Assembly: GCA_963782055.1 (NCBI GenBank)
Contig: CAWAIF010000003.1
Coordinates: 192,001 to 256,000, forward strand
Reading direction: 5' to 3'
Source: an uncultured delta proteobacterium
GTDB taxonomy: Bacteria > Myxococcota_A > Polyangia > Polyangiales > Polyangiaceae
DNA length: 64,000 bases
In this document: piece by piece, positions 19,207 through 28,597 of the stretch
Numbering within the stretch: the first letter of the stretch is position 1
How the letters are laid out: each line of letters starts with the position of its first letter
Made by a program: the position numbers and the translations under genes
Notes under the pieces: generated by a model
What the model saw: only the letters and a program-made list of their open reading frames with translations
Database searches by the model: none
What the model was told of the DNA's origin: nothing

Positions 19207-20657
19207 CACGCGTCCCTCATGCCGACGGCCGGCCGGACGCGCGCGGCGACGGCCGCGGGGAGGAGCGAGGCGATGGCGGCGATGCCGACCATGAACGCCG
19301 CCGGGAGCACGACGCCGCGGGTGGTGATGGACGCGTGGAGCACGGGGTCGAGGCCCACGCCCACGAGGGAGAAGCGGCCGATGAAGCGGATGTCGAGACC
19401 GTGCCGGACGAGGTAGTAGTCCAGGGCCAGACCCAGCGCGACGCCCAGCCCCGCGGAGACCACGGAGAGGATGAGGGTCTCCAGCGCGACCATCGCCAGC
19501 AAGGATCTCGGGCGCATGCCCAGCGCGCGCAGCACACCGAACTCCCGCCGGCGGTCGAAGACGGCCATGAGCATGGTGTTGGCGACACCCAGCCCGGCGA
19601 GGACGAAGACCACGATGATGATCATCTCGGTGAAGACGTCGTTGGCGCTGACCATGGCGAGGAGGTCCGGCCGCAGCGTCTGCCACGCCTCCACCGAGAG
19701 CCCGGCGAGGGCCGGGCGGGACCCCAGGGCGGAGGCGACGGCGCGCGCCTGGCCGCGGTCGGCCACGCGCACGGCGATCTCGTGCACGCCGTCCCCCAGG
19801 CCGAGCAGGTGCTGCAGGTCGGCGAGGTGGACCACCACGCGCGTCTGGTCGACGGCGTCGTCGTTCGTTTGGAAGGTCCCGACGACGCGCAGCGTCTGGT
19901 CGATGGTGGCGCCCTGGGCGTCCTGGCCGAGGAGGGCGACGGTGTCGCCCACGCGCGCGTGCAGCCGACTCGCCAGCTTGACGCCGAGCAGCGCGGGCGG
20001 CGCCCGCGTCGGGCTGGGCGCGACCTGCGCCACCAGCGAGCGCGTGGTCGTGCGGACGTCCGCGCCCGCGGCAGGCGCCGCGGCCCCCGCGTCCTGCCCG
20101 CCGAGCGCGTCGATCTCGGCGAGCGCGGCGGCCGTCTCCGCGTCGGTGAGCGTCTGGTCCAGCTTCTCCTGCGCCGCTGTGAGCGGTCTGGCGTCGGGCC
20201 ACGGCGTGGGCGCCTCTCCGAGGAAGGCGCCGGTGACGACCTTCTGCGGGAGCGTCGTCACCCGCGCTTCCTCGTCGGGGTCGACGCCCATCAGCTGCAC
20301 GCCGATCGACCTCCCGCCGTGCGTCGCGAACGCCCAGCCGTAGGCGCGGGGCGCCGCGGCGACGACGCCGGGCTGGCCGGAGAGGTCCTTCACCAGCGTG
20401 GCGCCGTGCGCCATGGTGAGCGAGAGCTTGCGCCGCGCGAGGTAGTCCGGGCGGTGAACCTGGACCTCCCCCAGGTCGGCGCGGGTGACCGAGCCGATCA
20501 TGTCGTCGTTCATCCCGTCGGTGAGGCCGAAGATGGCGATGCAGAGCCCCACGCCGAGGACGACGGCCACGCCCGTGAGCGCCGTGCGCCGCGGGTTGCG
20601 ACCCATGTTGCGCCACCCCAGCCGCCAGAGGAGGTGCGCCGCGCGGAGCGGGCTCAT
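19206..20657 (-). CDS. ABC permease, FtsX/LolE/MacB family, with periplasmic insertion
   Basis: WRNMGRNPRRT, DRRREFG; overlapping start/stop codons with both neighbours. Confidence 0.9.
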   Translation of the reverse strand: MSPLRAAHLLWRLGWRNMGRNPRRTALTGVAVVLGVGLCIAIFGLTDGMNDDMIGSVTRADLGEVQVHRPDYLARRKLSLTMAHGATLVKDLSGQPGVVAAAPRAYGWAFATHGGRSIGVQLMGVDPDEEARVTTLPQKVVTGAFLGEAPTPWPDARPLTAAQEKLDQTLTDAETAAALAEIDALGGQDAGAAAPAAGADVRTTTRSLVAQVAPSPTRAPPALLGVKLASRLHARVGDTVALLGQDAQGATIDQTLRVVGTFQTNDDAVDQTRVVVHLADLQHLLGLGDGVHEIAVRVADRGQARAVASALGSRPALAGLSVEAWQTLRPDLLAMVSANDVFTEMIIIVVFVLAGLGVANTMLMAVFDRRREFGVLRALGMRPRSLLAMVALETLILSVVSAGLGVALGLALDYYLVRHGLDIRFIGRFSLVGVGLDPVLHASITTRGVVLPAAFMVGIAAIASLLPAAVAARVRPAVGMRDA

Positions 20658-21487
20658 CGGCGCAGGGCCTGCTCGGTGAACTTGCTCGCGGGGATGGCTA
20701 CGTCGAAGCGCACCGTGTCGTAGGTGAGCCGCGTGAACTCGCCTGGCTTGTCGGCGACGGTCATGGTGAGCACCGAAGGCGCGAGGCGCCCGCCGAGGAT
20801 CTTCACGCCGGAGAAGGTGAGGGTCCGGTAGGGCCGCTTCTCGCCGGTGCGCCGGAAGTACTCCATCGTCACCGGGATGACCGCGTTGCCCTCGACGTAG
20901 AGCCGCGCGTGAATGCGCGCCCACGAGACCGGCGCGCGCGGCGTCGGGCTGAGATCGATGTCGTGGAAGACCACCGCGTGGCCGTCCGAGCCCGTCGCGG
21001 GGTGCGTGCCGACCTCGCGCGCGGTGTAGTCCTTCGCGAGATCGGTGTCCTTGACGAAGTCGTCGTTGTTGAAGTGGCTGCCCATCCAGCTGTCGCCCAG
21101 CATGGAGCTGGAGAGCACGGTCATGCGGTCGGTGCTCGGGTCGTAGACGGTGAGGCGGTTGCCCACCTTGAGCGTGCCGTGCCCGCGCCAGAGCGCCGGC
21201 CCGAGGATCTTCACCAGCACGTCGGTGTTACCGCCGGTGTCCTTCTCCCAGTAGACGAGCGCGTAGTGGCGGTCGTACGAGGCGGTGTGCACCTCCATGT
21301 GGAGCACCGAGGCCGTCGTCCTGCTGCCGCGCAGCACGTGGTCCGCGCGACGTACCAGCTCCACCACGCCGCTCTGCGCGGCCGCGGGGCGGGCGCCGGC
21401 GAGCAACGTCACGACGAGGGCGGCGAGGCACACCAGCAGCGCCCTCTGCCCCCCGCGGTGCCGGTGACTGGAAGTGCGATCATTCAT
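20654..21487 (-). CDS. LolA-like outer-membrane lipoprotein-sorting protein
   Basis: Signal peptide, SWMGSHFNNDD motif, C-terminal IP...FT...L. Confidence 0.82.
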   Translation of the reverse strand: MNDRTSSHRHRGGQRALLVCLAALVVTLLAGARPAAAQSGVVELVRRADHVLRGSRTTASVLHMEVHTASYDRHYALVYWEKDTGGNTDVLVKILGPALWRGHGTLKVGNRLTVYDPSTDRMTVLSSSMLGDSWMGSHFNNDDFVKDTDLAKDYTAREVGTHPATGSDGHAVVFHDIDLSPTPRAPVSWARIHARLYVEGNAVIPVTMEYFRRTGEKRPYRTLTFSGVKILGGRLAPSVLTMTVADKPGEFTRLTYDTVRFDVAIPASKFTEQALRR

Positions 21488-21521
21488 GGAAACGCTCTCC
21501 TCCCCGCGCCTGGCGCGGTGC

Positions 21522-22178
21522 TCACTTCTTCTCGACGGGTTCGACGGGCTCGACGGGCGCGAGGGTGCGCCGGAACAGATCCACGCAGGCGTCCACCACG
21601 GCGACGACGCTCTCGTCCCCCGCGCCCACGCGGTCCCAGTTGGCGATGGTCCAGCGGTCGACCGCCTCCCCCATGCCCCAGGTGACGGCGACGAGGAGGT
21701 CCATCGGCAGGTCGGTCCGCACCGCGCCCACCTTCTGCCCCTGCCGGAGCAGGTCGGTGAACCAGGCGCGGAAGGCGTCGTACATGGTGCCGACCTGCGG
21801 TGCGGACATGACCGACGGCGGCTGGGCGACGAACCGCTTGGCGAGCGCCGCCAGCGTCGGGTGCTTCTTGAGGAAGCCGAGCACGCGCGTGTACAGCGCC
21901 CGGAACTCGCGCCAGAAGTCCTCCTCCGTCTCGATGGGGCCCACGCCGCCGATGATGCGCGCCGCGCGGTCCACCATCCGCGCGAGGACGGTGAGGAAGA
22001 GGTCCTCCTTGTCGTCGAAGTAGTAATAGGCGGCGCCCTTGCTGACGCCGGCCTCCGCCAGGATCTTGTTGAGGGAGGCGTGCTCCGCCCCCTCCTCGGC
22101 GAACTCCTTGGTCGCCGCCTCGAGGATGGCCTCCTGCCGCTCGGGCTGCAGCTTGTCGAAACGCGGTCGCGGGGGCAT
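21522..22178 (-). CDS. TetR/AcrR-family regulator
   Basis: ILEAATKEF...AGVSKGAAYYYFDDKEDL HTH. Confidence 0.92.
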   Translation of the reverse strand: MPPRPRFDKLQPERQEAILEAATKEFAEEGAEHASLNKILAEAGVSKGAAYYYFDDKEDLFLTVLARMVDRAARIIGGVGPIETEEDFWREFRALYTRVLGFLKKHPTLAALAKRFVAQPPSVMSAPQVGTMYDAFRAWFTDLLRQGQKVGAVRTDLPMDLLVAVTWGMGEAVDRWTIANWDRVGAGDESVVAVVDACVDLFRRTLAPVEPVEPVEKK

Positions 22179-22216
22179 GGGCTCCTGCCCGGCCAGACGT
22201 CTCCTAGACCACCGTC

Positions 22217-22234
22217 TTAGACCGGATGGTCTAA
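22217..22234. promoter_or_regulatory. Putative TetR operator TTAGACC-GGAT-GGTCTAA
   Basis: Perfect 7-bp inverted repeat between a minus-strand TTGACG (22258-22263) and the tetR start; extra TAGACC half-site at 22205. Confidence 0.65.
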
Positions 22235-22400
22235 TTTGTGGGTCGCCGCGCCTCGTCCGTCAAGAGGTGGCTGGCACTTTCCCCCCCCGGCCCCCGATCC
22301 CCCACGTTTCTCGGCCTGCGCGCGCCATTGCAAGGATCCATGCAATCCGACGCTCGGGCCGCGCGGCCGCAGGGGGGGGCGGCCTGCGCAGGCGGGGGAG

Positions 22401-22901
22401 TCAGTCGTCCGGCCCCGCATCGGCATCTCCCGCCCAGGTCAGGGTGCAGGTGGCCGCGTCGTAGGTCGCGCCGGCGAAGGTGCCGGGGAAGATGCGCTCG
22501 GTGATGAAGTCGGCGTCCTGCTGCGAGAGCGGAGCGCCGGCCGCGCAGTCGCCGACGAAGGTCTGCGGCCCGACGACGATGGAGAGCGCGCCGCCGCGGT
22601 CCACCACGAGCCGGGACGCCGAGCGCACCGGCAACAGCGTCGTCGGTGCGGTCCCGGACGCCGGATCCCACCCCGGCGCCAGCACGGCGTACGCGTAGTC
22701 GCTCGCCGGCACGGTGCGCAGCGCCTCGGAGGTCCCGCCCGCGCCGACGGGAGTGCGGAAGAGGGTGGTGTACCACCACGCCTCCAGCACCGCCGGTCCG
22801 CCCGCCGGATACGCGTTCTGGACGACGGCAGCGGTCGCACCGTCACTGCACGCGAGCGCCAGCGCGACCCACCCAACCCGGAGCAGTGACGTCCTCTTCA
22901 T
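22401..22901 (-). CDS. Hypothetical lipoprotein directly downstream of the TonB-dependent receptor
   Basis: MKRTS...LALAC lipobox; starts 7 nt after the receptor stop. Confidence 0.7.
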   Translation of the reverse strand: MKRTSLLRVGWVALALACSDGATAAVVQNAYPAGGPAVLEAWWYTTLFRTPVGAGGTSEALRTVPASDYAYAVLAPGWDPASGTAPTTLLPVRSASRLVVDRGGALSIVVGPQTFVGDCAAGAPLSQQDADFITERIFPGTFAGATYDAATCTLTWAGDADAGPDD

Positions 22902-22908
22902 CGCGCGC

Positions 22909-25461
22909 TCAATCCAGGTAGATGGTGGTGGTGATGCGGGCGGTGAAGGGATACGTGGGCGTGTAGTCGACGTCCTCGCAGCCGTAGAAGCGGCCATCCG
23001 CCGCGCCGCCGGGCGACGGGGCGAGCCGGCCGCCGCTCCCGCAGGAAAACCCCGCCGGCACCGGCGCGCCAATCGCGGGCTCGCCCCGCAGTCGGCTCAC
23101 CGTGGCGAACTGCGCGGAGCGGAACGCCTGGTCGAAGAGGTTCTCGATGTCCAGCGCCACGTCGAAGCGGCGGTGCCGGTAGCCGAGGTGCAGGTCGAAC
23201 TGGGTGAAGCCCGGCGCGACGAGCACGCCGTCGTCCGACGCCGGCCTGTCGCCGATGCCGAAGAAGCGGAAGCCCCCGCGCACCTCGCCCGGGCCGAGGC
23301 GATGCCGCGCCGACACGCCCCCCGCCCACGTCTCCTTCGGGGCCAGCGCCAGCCCGTTGCCGTTGCCGTGGTTCTCGGTGAACGCGGAGTCGGTGAAGGT
23401 GAGGTCGAGGTCCGCCGCCAGCCACCTCGTCACCTCCAAGCGCGTCTCCAGCTCGATGCCCTTGCGGTTGGTCGCGCCGCTCACCTCCGTCGTGCCGTCG
23501 TCACCGTTCCACACCGTCTCGCTCGCCAGGTCGAGCTGCCAGAGGGACGCGGCCAGGTCCCACCGATCCCAGAGCCGGGTGCGGGCGCCGACCTCCTCCC
23601 CGATGGCGCGCGTCAGCGGCGTCACGCTGGGCGTGGAGAAGACGCCGCGCACGTCGTTGGAGTGGTAGCCGCTGCCGTAGTTCAGGTAGAGGTCGAGCTG
23701 GGCGTTCTTCCGCGCGACCGGCGTCACCACCGCGCTCATCTTCGGGCTGATCTGGTAGGCGGCGCTCGCCCCGCTGCGCGGCGCCGCCGGGTCGGCGGAG
23801 TGGAGCGTGTCGTCCACGGCGAAGGTGAGGAGGTCCCCGCGGCCCCCCACGTCGAGGCGCAGCCAGGACAGCGGGGTGACCTCCTCGTTGAGGTACATGC
23901 CCAGCAGCGTCTCGTGCACCGCGTTGCCGCGCACCTGGTCGAGCTGCGTGCGCTCCACCGAGTTCCAGAGCTGCTCCTCGATGTCGTCGCTGCGCATGTC
24001 CGCGCCGACGGTCGTGTCGAAGCGCACCTTCCGGACATGGTGCACGACGCGGTACGACACCTTGCCGCCGTAGAAGGCCCGTCGATCCACCTGCTCGATC
24101 TCGTCTCCGTTGTCCGGATCGCGCGCGTACAGCGTAAAGTTGGAGAAGAGGTTGAAGCGGTACGTCCCGGCGTAGGCGAGCGCCTTGATCTGGCTGTGCT
24201 CGTTCGGCCGCAGGGCGTACTGCAAGACGACCTGGTGGCGCGCGGTGTTGCCGCCCTCGTCCGGGTCGATGGAGCCGAAGCGGTCGAGCAGGCCCTCCTC
24301 CACGGCGCGCGCGGGGATCTGTCCCGAGCCGTGCCAGTTGGCGCCGTAGCTCATCTCGGTCAACGACACGGAGGACGTCGGGCTCACGTGCCACGTGAGC
24401 TTGTTGAACAGCTTGTACCTGTCCCAGTTCTCCGGGTTCTCGAACGGGCCGTCCTGCCTCCCCGCCTCCGCGGCGAAGATGGCGTCGACCGAGTCGGCGA
24501 AGCGCGGGCTGGCGATGGCGAGCGCCCGGTAGCTCGGCCCGCCGTGGCCGGGCGAGCCGCCGAAGCCGAAGCCCACCGAGCTGTGCTCGAACCGGTCGCG
24601 CGTGATCAGGTCCGCCGCGCCCGCGGTGGCGAAGTCGCCCTGGCTGGCGAAGTAGGGTCCCTTGGTCACTTGCACGTGCTCCACCACCTCCGGGATGATG
24701 AAGTTGGTGTCGCTGAAGCCCTGGCCGTGGGCGTGGGAGGGCATGTTGATGGGCACGCCGTCCACCGAGAAGGCGATGTCGGTCCCGTGATCGGCGTCGA
24801 AGCCGCGCAGGAAGTACTGGTTCGCCTTCCCCCCGCCGGAGTGCTGCACCATCACCAGGCCGGGCATGACGCGCAGGATGTCCTGCACGCTCCCGATCGG
24901 CCGCAGGGCGAAGTCGCGATCGCGCACGTCGAAGGAGGACGCCGCGCTGATTGGCTTGCGGGCGAGCACCAGCGTGGACTGCCCCGCGCCCCGCTGCGTG
25001 ACCTCCTTCGGCCGCCGCGCGGGCTTCGGCTTCGCCTTCGGCGGCGGGCTCGCGGGCGCCGGCGGCAGGTGGAAGTCGTAGCCGAGCTCGATGGTCGATG
25101 CGATCGGCTTGCCGTCGCGCGTCGCCGGCGTGAAGACGAACTGCCGCGCGGCCGCGAGCGCCGCCTCGTCCAGGCCGTGCCCGGCGGGCGAGGTGACCTT
25201 CGCGCTCGTCACGTGGCCGGTCGCGTCCACCTCCAGCTCCAGGCCGACGGTGCCCTCCGCCCGCGCCTTCAGCGCCTCGGCGGGATAGGGCGCCTCCACG
25301 CGCGTGCGCAGGGCGGGGGGCGTCACCGTGCCCGCCGCCGCAGCAGCCGCCGTCGTTCCCGTCGCCGGTGCGACCGTCCCGCCGTCCTCCTGCGCGCGCG
25401 CCGCCGCGGCCCACGCGAGCACGATGGCGGCGGCGCACGCGAGCGGGTGACGGCGTCTCAC
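22909..25461 (-). CDS. TonB-dependent receptor with N-terminal TonB-C domain, putative nickel uptake
   Basis: YP..A...EGTV TonB domain, plug LRGFDADHGTD / HAHGQG / KGPY...GDFATAG, barrel with ENLFD. Confidence 0.9.
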   Translation of the reverse strand: MRRRHPLACAAAIVLAWAAAARAQEDGGTVAPATGTTAAAAAAGTVTPPALRTRVEAPYPAEALKARAEGTVGLELEVDATGHVTSAKVTSPAGHGLDEAALAAARQFVFTPATRDGKPIASTIELGYDFHLPPAPASPPPKAKPKPARRPKEVTQRGAGQSTLVLARKPISAASSFDVRDRDFALRPIGSVQDILRVMPGLVMVQHSGGGKANQYFLRGFDADHGTDIAFSVDGVPINMPSHAHGQGFSDTNFIIPEVVEHVQVTKGPYFASQGDFATAGAADLITRDRFEHSSVGFGFGGSPGHGGPSYRALAIASPRFADSVDAIFAAEAGRQDGPFENPENWDRYKLFNKLTWHVSPTSSVSLTEMSYGANWHGSGQIPARAVEEGLLDRFGSIDPDEGGNTARHQVVLQYALRPNEHSQIKALAYAGTYRFNLFSNFTLYARDPDNGDEIEQVDRRAFYGGKVSYRVVHHVRKVRFDTTVGADMRSDDIEEQLWNSVERTQLDQVRGNAVHETLLGMYLNEEVTPLSWLRLDVGGRGDLLTFAVDDTLHSADPAAPRSGASAAYQISPKMSAVVTPVARKNAQLDLYLNYGSGYHSNDVRGVFSTPSVTPLTRAIGEEVGARTRLWDRWDLAASLWQLDLASETVWNGDDGTTEVSGATNRKGIELETRLEVTRWLAADLDLTFTDSAFTENHGNGNGLALAPKETWAGGVSARHRLGPGEVRGGFRFFGIGDRPASDDGVLVAPGFTQFDLHLGYRHRRFDVALDIENLFDQAFRSAQFATVSRLRGEPAIGAPVPAGFSCGSGGRLAPSPGGAADGRFYGCEDVDYTPTYPFTARITTTIYLD

Positions 25462-25472
25462 GGGTCCGACGT

Positions 25473-25502
25473 GGTAGCACGAATGTTCAGAAACGTGCTA
25501 CC
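25473..25502. promoter_or_regulatory. Putative NikR operator 1: GGTAGCACG-N12-CGTGCTACC
   Basis: Perfect 9-bp inverted repeat with AT-rich spacer, 11 nt upstream of the receptor start. Confidence 0.8.
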
Positions 25503-25575
25503 GAAAGGGGCGCCCGCGCTCGCCCCCCGGACCTTCACGCTCGGCCCGACCACCGGCTTGGGGTATCGTCCCGCC

Positions 25576-26052
25576 ATGGCGACAGAGCTCGTTCGCTTCG
25601 GCGTGGCGATGGAGAGCGACCTGCTCGAGGACTTCGACGACCTGGCCGCCTCGCGCGGCTCGACCCGCTCGGAGGTGCTGCGCGCGCTGGTGCGCGCGGA
25701 GGTGGGCCGGGAGAAGGTCCAGAGGGGGGTCGACGCCGTCGCCGCCCTCACCATCGTCTACGACCACCACGTGCGCGACCTGACCGAGCGGCTGACGGAG
25801 CTGCAGCACGAGCTGGGCGACCGCGTCCGCTCCACGCTGCACGTGCATCTGAGCCACGACTTCTGCCTGGAGGTCATCGTCATGCACGGGCGATCCGACG
25901 AGCTGCAGCGCGTGGCCAGGCAGATCCTCGCCACCCGTGGGGTGAAGCAGGGCGGCATCGAGCTCATCACGACGGTCCCGCACGACCACGTGCACGGCCA
26001 CGCCCACGCGCACGCACCCACGAAGAAGAAGGCGCGGCGTCGTGCCCCCTGA
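25576..26052 (+). CDS. nikR: Nickel-responsive regulator NikR
   Basis: RHH N-terminus VRFGVAM..RSE, YDHH, QH, LHVHL..DFCLE Ni ligands; His-rich tail. Confidence 0.93.
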   Translation: MATELVRFGVAMESDLLEDFDDLAASRGSTRSEVLRALVRAEVGREKVQRGVDAVAALTIVYDHHVRDLTERLTELQHELGDRVRSTLHVHLSHDFCLEVIVMHGRSDELQRVARQILATRGVKQGGIELITTVPHDHVHGHAHAHAPTKKKARRRAP

Positions 26053-26115
26053 ACGGCCGTTCCCCGCGGGAGCCGCGCGACCCCGTCGCGCGTAGTGGTG
26101 CTGGAGCCGCTCGCG

Positions 26116-26143
26116 GTAGCACGCTTTCATCGAATCGTGCTAC
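26116..26143. promoter_or_regulatory. Putative NikR operator 2: GTAGCACG-N12-CGTGCTAC
   Basis: Same arms and spacer length as operator 1; about 50 nt upstream of the TonB gene. Confidence 0.8.
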
Positions 26144-26192
26144 GCGGGAGCGACCGGTCCGGATTCATGCGGCGCGCACACGGAGATGCACG

Positions 26193-26909
26193 GTGAAGGT
26201 GTTCGGGGGCGCGCTGTCGCTGGCCACGGGGCTGCACGTGGCGGCCGCCGCGGTGGCGGGGGTGGCCTTCGCCCACGGCGGCGCGCCGCCCCTCGTGACG
26301 CCCGCGCCGGTGGCCGTCGAGGTGGAGATCGAGCCGGCGGCTCCCGCCGCGCCTCCGTCCGCCCCGCTCGCCCCGCCCCTCGCCGTCACCGAGGCGCCGG
26401 TTCGCGCCGTCGCCCGCCGATCCGCGACGGTCGGTCCTCCTCCGCCCGCGCCGGTCGAGACGGGCCAGGCATCCGACCGCGACGTCGCGCCGGCGGGCGT
26501 CGCCCCGGCCGCGGTGCCCGACGTCGCCGTGGCACCGCCGCGCTTCCACATGGTGCTCGGCGCCGGGTTCGGGAGCAGCGTCGCCGGTCCGGTGGCCGCG
26601 GCGCCCGTCGCCGCGCCCGCGATCGTGGACGCCTCGCGCGTCACCGAGCCGGCGCGGCTCATCGCGTCGGTCACGCCGGCGTACCCCGCGGCGGCGCGGG
26701 AGGAAGGCGTCGAGGGGGACGTCCCGCTGGAGATCGTGCTGGACGAGACCGGTCGCGTGGTCTCCGCCCGCGCCGTGCGTCATGCCGGCTACGGGCTGGA
26801 CGAGTCGGCTCTGGTCGCGATCCGCAGCTACCGCTTCCGCCCCGCGCGGCTGCGCGGCGCACCCGTGCGCGTCCGCATGCGGTGGGACGTCCAGTTCCGC
26901 CTGCGCTGA
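26193..26909 (+). CDS. Energy transducer TonB-family protein
   Basis: TM with SxxxxxH, Pro-rich linker, C-terminal YP..AR..GVEGDV...FRL; GGAGA RBS. Confidence 0.85.
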   Translation: MKVFGGALSLATGLHVAAAAVAGVAFAHGGAPPLVTPAPVAVEVEIEPAAPAAPPSAPLAPPLAVTEAPVRAVARRSATVGPPPPAPVETGQASDRDVAPAGVAPAAVPDVAVAPPRFHMVLGAGFGSSVAGPVAAAPVAAPAIVDASRVTEPARLIASVTPAYPAAAREEGVEGDVPLEIVLDETGRVVSARAVRHAGYGLDESALVAIRSYRFRPARLRGAPVRVRMRWDVQFRLR

Positions 26910-26926
26910 AGCCGCGGCGGGGGCGC

Positions 26927-28510
26927 TCAGACCTCGCCCTTCTCCCCGCCCGGCGTCGTCCAGTGCACCTTGTAGAGGTCCGTCCGGCGGTCGTTCCAGT
27001 TGCGCACCGTGCCCGCACGGCGCGCGCGGCGCAGCAGCTCGGTGTCCAGATCGTGGGTGATGACCGTCTCGATGTTGGGCGAGGCCTCCGCCGCGATGCC
27101 GTCGCGCGCGAAGGCGATGTCCGACGGCGTGAAGATGCCCGACGCCGCGTAGTGGGTGTCGGCGTTCTCCACCGAGGGCAGGTTGCCCACGCACCCCGAG
27201 GCCACGACGTAGATCTGGTTCTCCACGCAGCGCGCCTGCGCGCAGTAGCGCACACGCAGGTAGCCGTTGCGATCGTTGGTGTTGAAGGGCACGAAGATGA
27301 TCTGCGCGCCCCTGTCCGCGGCGATGCGCACCAGCTCGGGGAACTCGATGTCGTAGCAGACGAGGATGGCGATGCGCCCGCGGTCGGTCTCGAAGACCTC
27401 GACCTTGTCCCCGCCGCGGATGCCCCACCAGCGGCTCTCGTTGGGGGTGGCGTGGACCTTGTACTGCCGCGCGATGCTCCCGTCGCGGCGGAACAGGTAC
27501 GCGACGTTGTAGAGGCGCTCCTCCTCCAGGGTGAACTGGGTGCCGCCGATGATGTTGACGTTGTAGCGGATGGCCAGGTCGGCGAAGAGGCGGAGGTACT
27601 GGTCGGTGAAATCGGCCAGCGTGCGCGCCGCCGCGCCGGGGCGTGAGCTCTTCACCAGGGACAGGAGCTGCAGCGTGAAGAGCTCCGGGAAGAGGACGAA
27701 GTCGCTCTTGGAGTCCGACGCCACGTCGACGAAGAACTCCACCTGCCGGGCGAACTCCTCGAAGCTGGCGACGCGCCTCATCTTGTACTGCACCGCGGAG
27801 ACGCGCACCGGGGCGAAGGTGCGGCGCGAGCGGAAGCCGTGGTTGCCGTGGTGGTCGAGGTTCGGCCACTCCAGGCAGGTCGCCCAGCCGGAGGAGTCCT
27901 CGTCGCTGGGCAGGTAGTCGGGCACCAGCTCGCGCAGCACGAACCCGTTGGCGAGCTGCGTTGTGAGCACCGGGTCGTAGAGCGACTTCTCCATGACGCG
28001 CTCGACGTACTCGCGCGCGGTCATCTCGTCCTTGTGCTTGGCGTAGCCGGGGATGCGGCCGCCGACGATCATGCGGGCGAGGTCGCGCTCGCGGCAGAGG
28101 TCCTTGCGCGCCTGGTAGAGGCGCCGCGCGAGCTTCATCCCGCGCATCGCCGGGTCGACCTGGATCTCGATGCCGTAGAGGGTGTCGCCCTCGGGGTCGT
28201 GGTTGCGGATGAAGCCGTGGTCGGAGAGCTCCATCCAGTTGCTCCAGTCGGAGTAGTCGGAGTACTCGACGACGAGGCTCGCGGAGGAGGCCACGAGCTT
28301 CCCCTCGAAGAAGATGCCGACCTGACCCTCCGGGAAGGTGGCGTGCTGGCTGTCGAACTGCTCCCGCGTCCAGGTCTTCATCTTGGGGAAGCACCGGAGC
28401 TGAAGCGCGACGACGGCGTCGAAGTCCTCCGGGCCGAGGCGGCGGAGCTCGATGCGCTTCTGGAAGTCCTCGAAGGATGCGGTCACGTTCTCTCCTTTCG
28501 CGATCGCCAA
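26927..28510 (-). CDS. Bifunctional GNAT acetyltransferase / carbon-nitrogen hydrolase
   Basis: VDP..RG..LARRLY GNAT motif; nitrilase triad FPE, YKVH, VCYDIEFPE. Confidence 0.9.
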   Translation of the reverse strand: MAIAKGENVTASFEDFQKRIELRRLGPEDFDAVVALQLRCFPKMKTWTREQFDSQHATFPEGQVGIFFEGKLVASSASLVVEYSDYSDWSNWMELSDHGFIRNHDPEGDTLYGIEIQVDPAMRGMKLARRLYQARKDLCRERDLARMIVGGRIPGYAKHKDEMTAREYVERVMEKSLYDPVLTTQLANGFVLRELVPDYLPSDEDSSGWATCLEWPNLDHHGNHGFRSRRTFAPVRVSAVQYKMRRVASFEEFARQVEFFVDVASDSKSDFVLFPELFTLQLLSLVKSSRPGAAARTLADFTDQYLRLFADLAIRYNVNIIGGTQFTLEEERLYNVAYLFRRDGSIARQYKVHATPNESRWWGIRGGDKVEVFETDRGRIAILVCYDIEFPELVRIAADRGAQIIFVPFNTNDRNGYLRVRYCAQARCVENQIYVVASGCVGNLPSVENADTHYAASGIFTPSDIAFARDGIAAEASPNIETVITHDLDTELLRRARRAGTVRNWNDRRTDLYKVHWTTPGGEKGEV

Positions 28511-28597
28511 GGGTACGGCCCCGAGGCCGCTTGCACCATGACGAAGACCGCGGCGGCGGCGCGCGCCGCGACGCGTGCTCCCACCTGCCCCGCGCGA

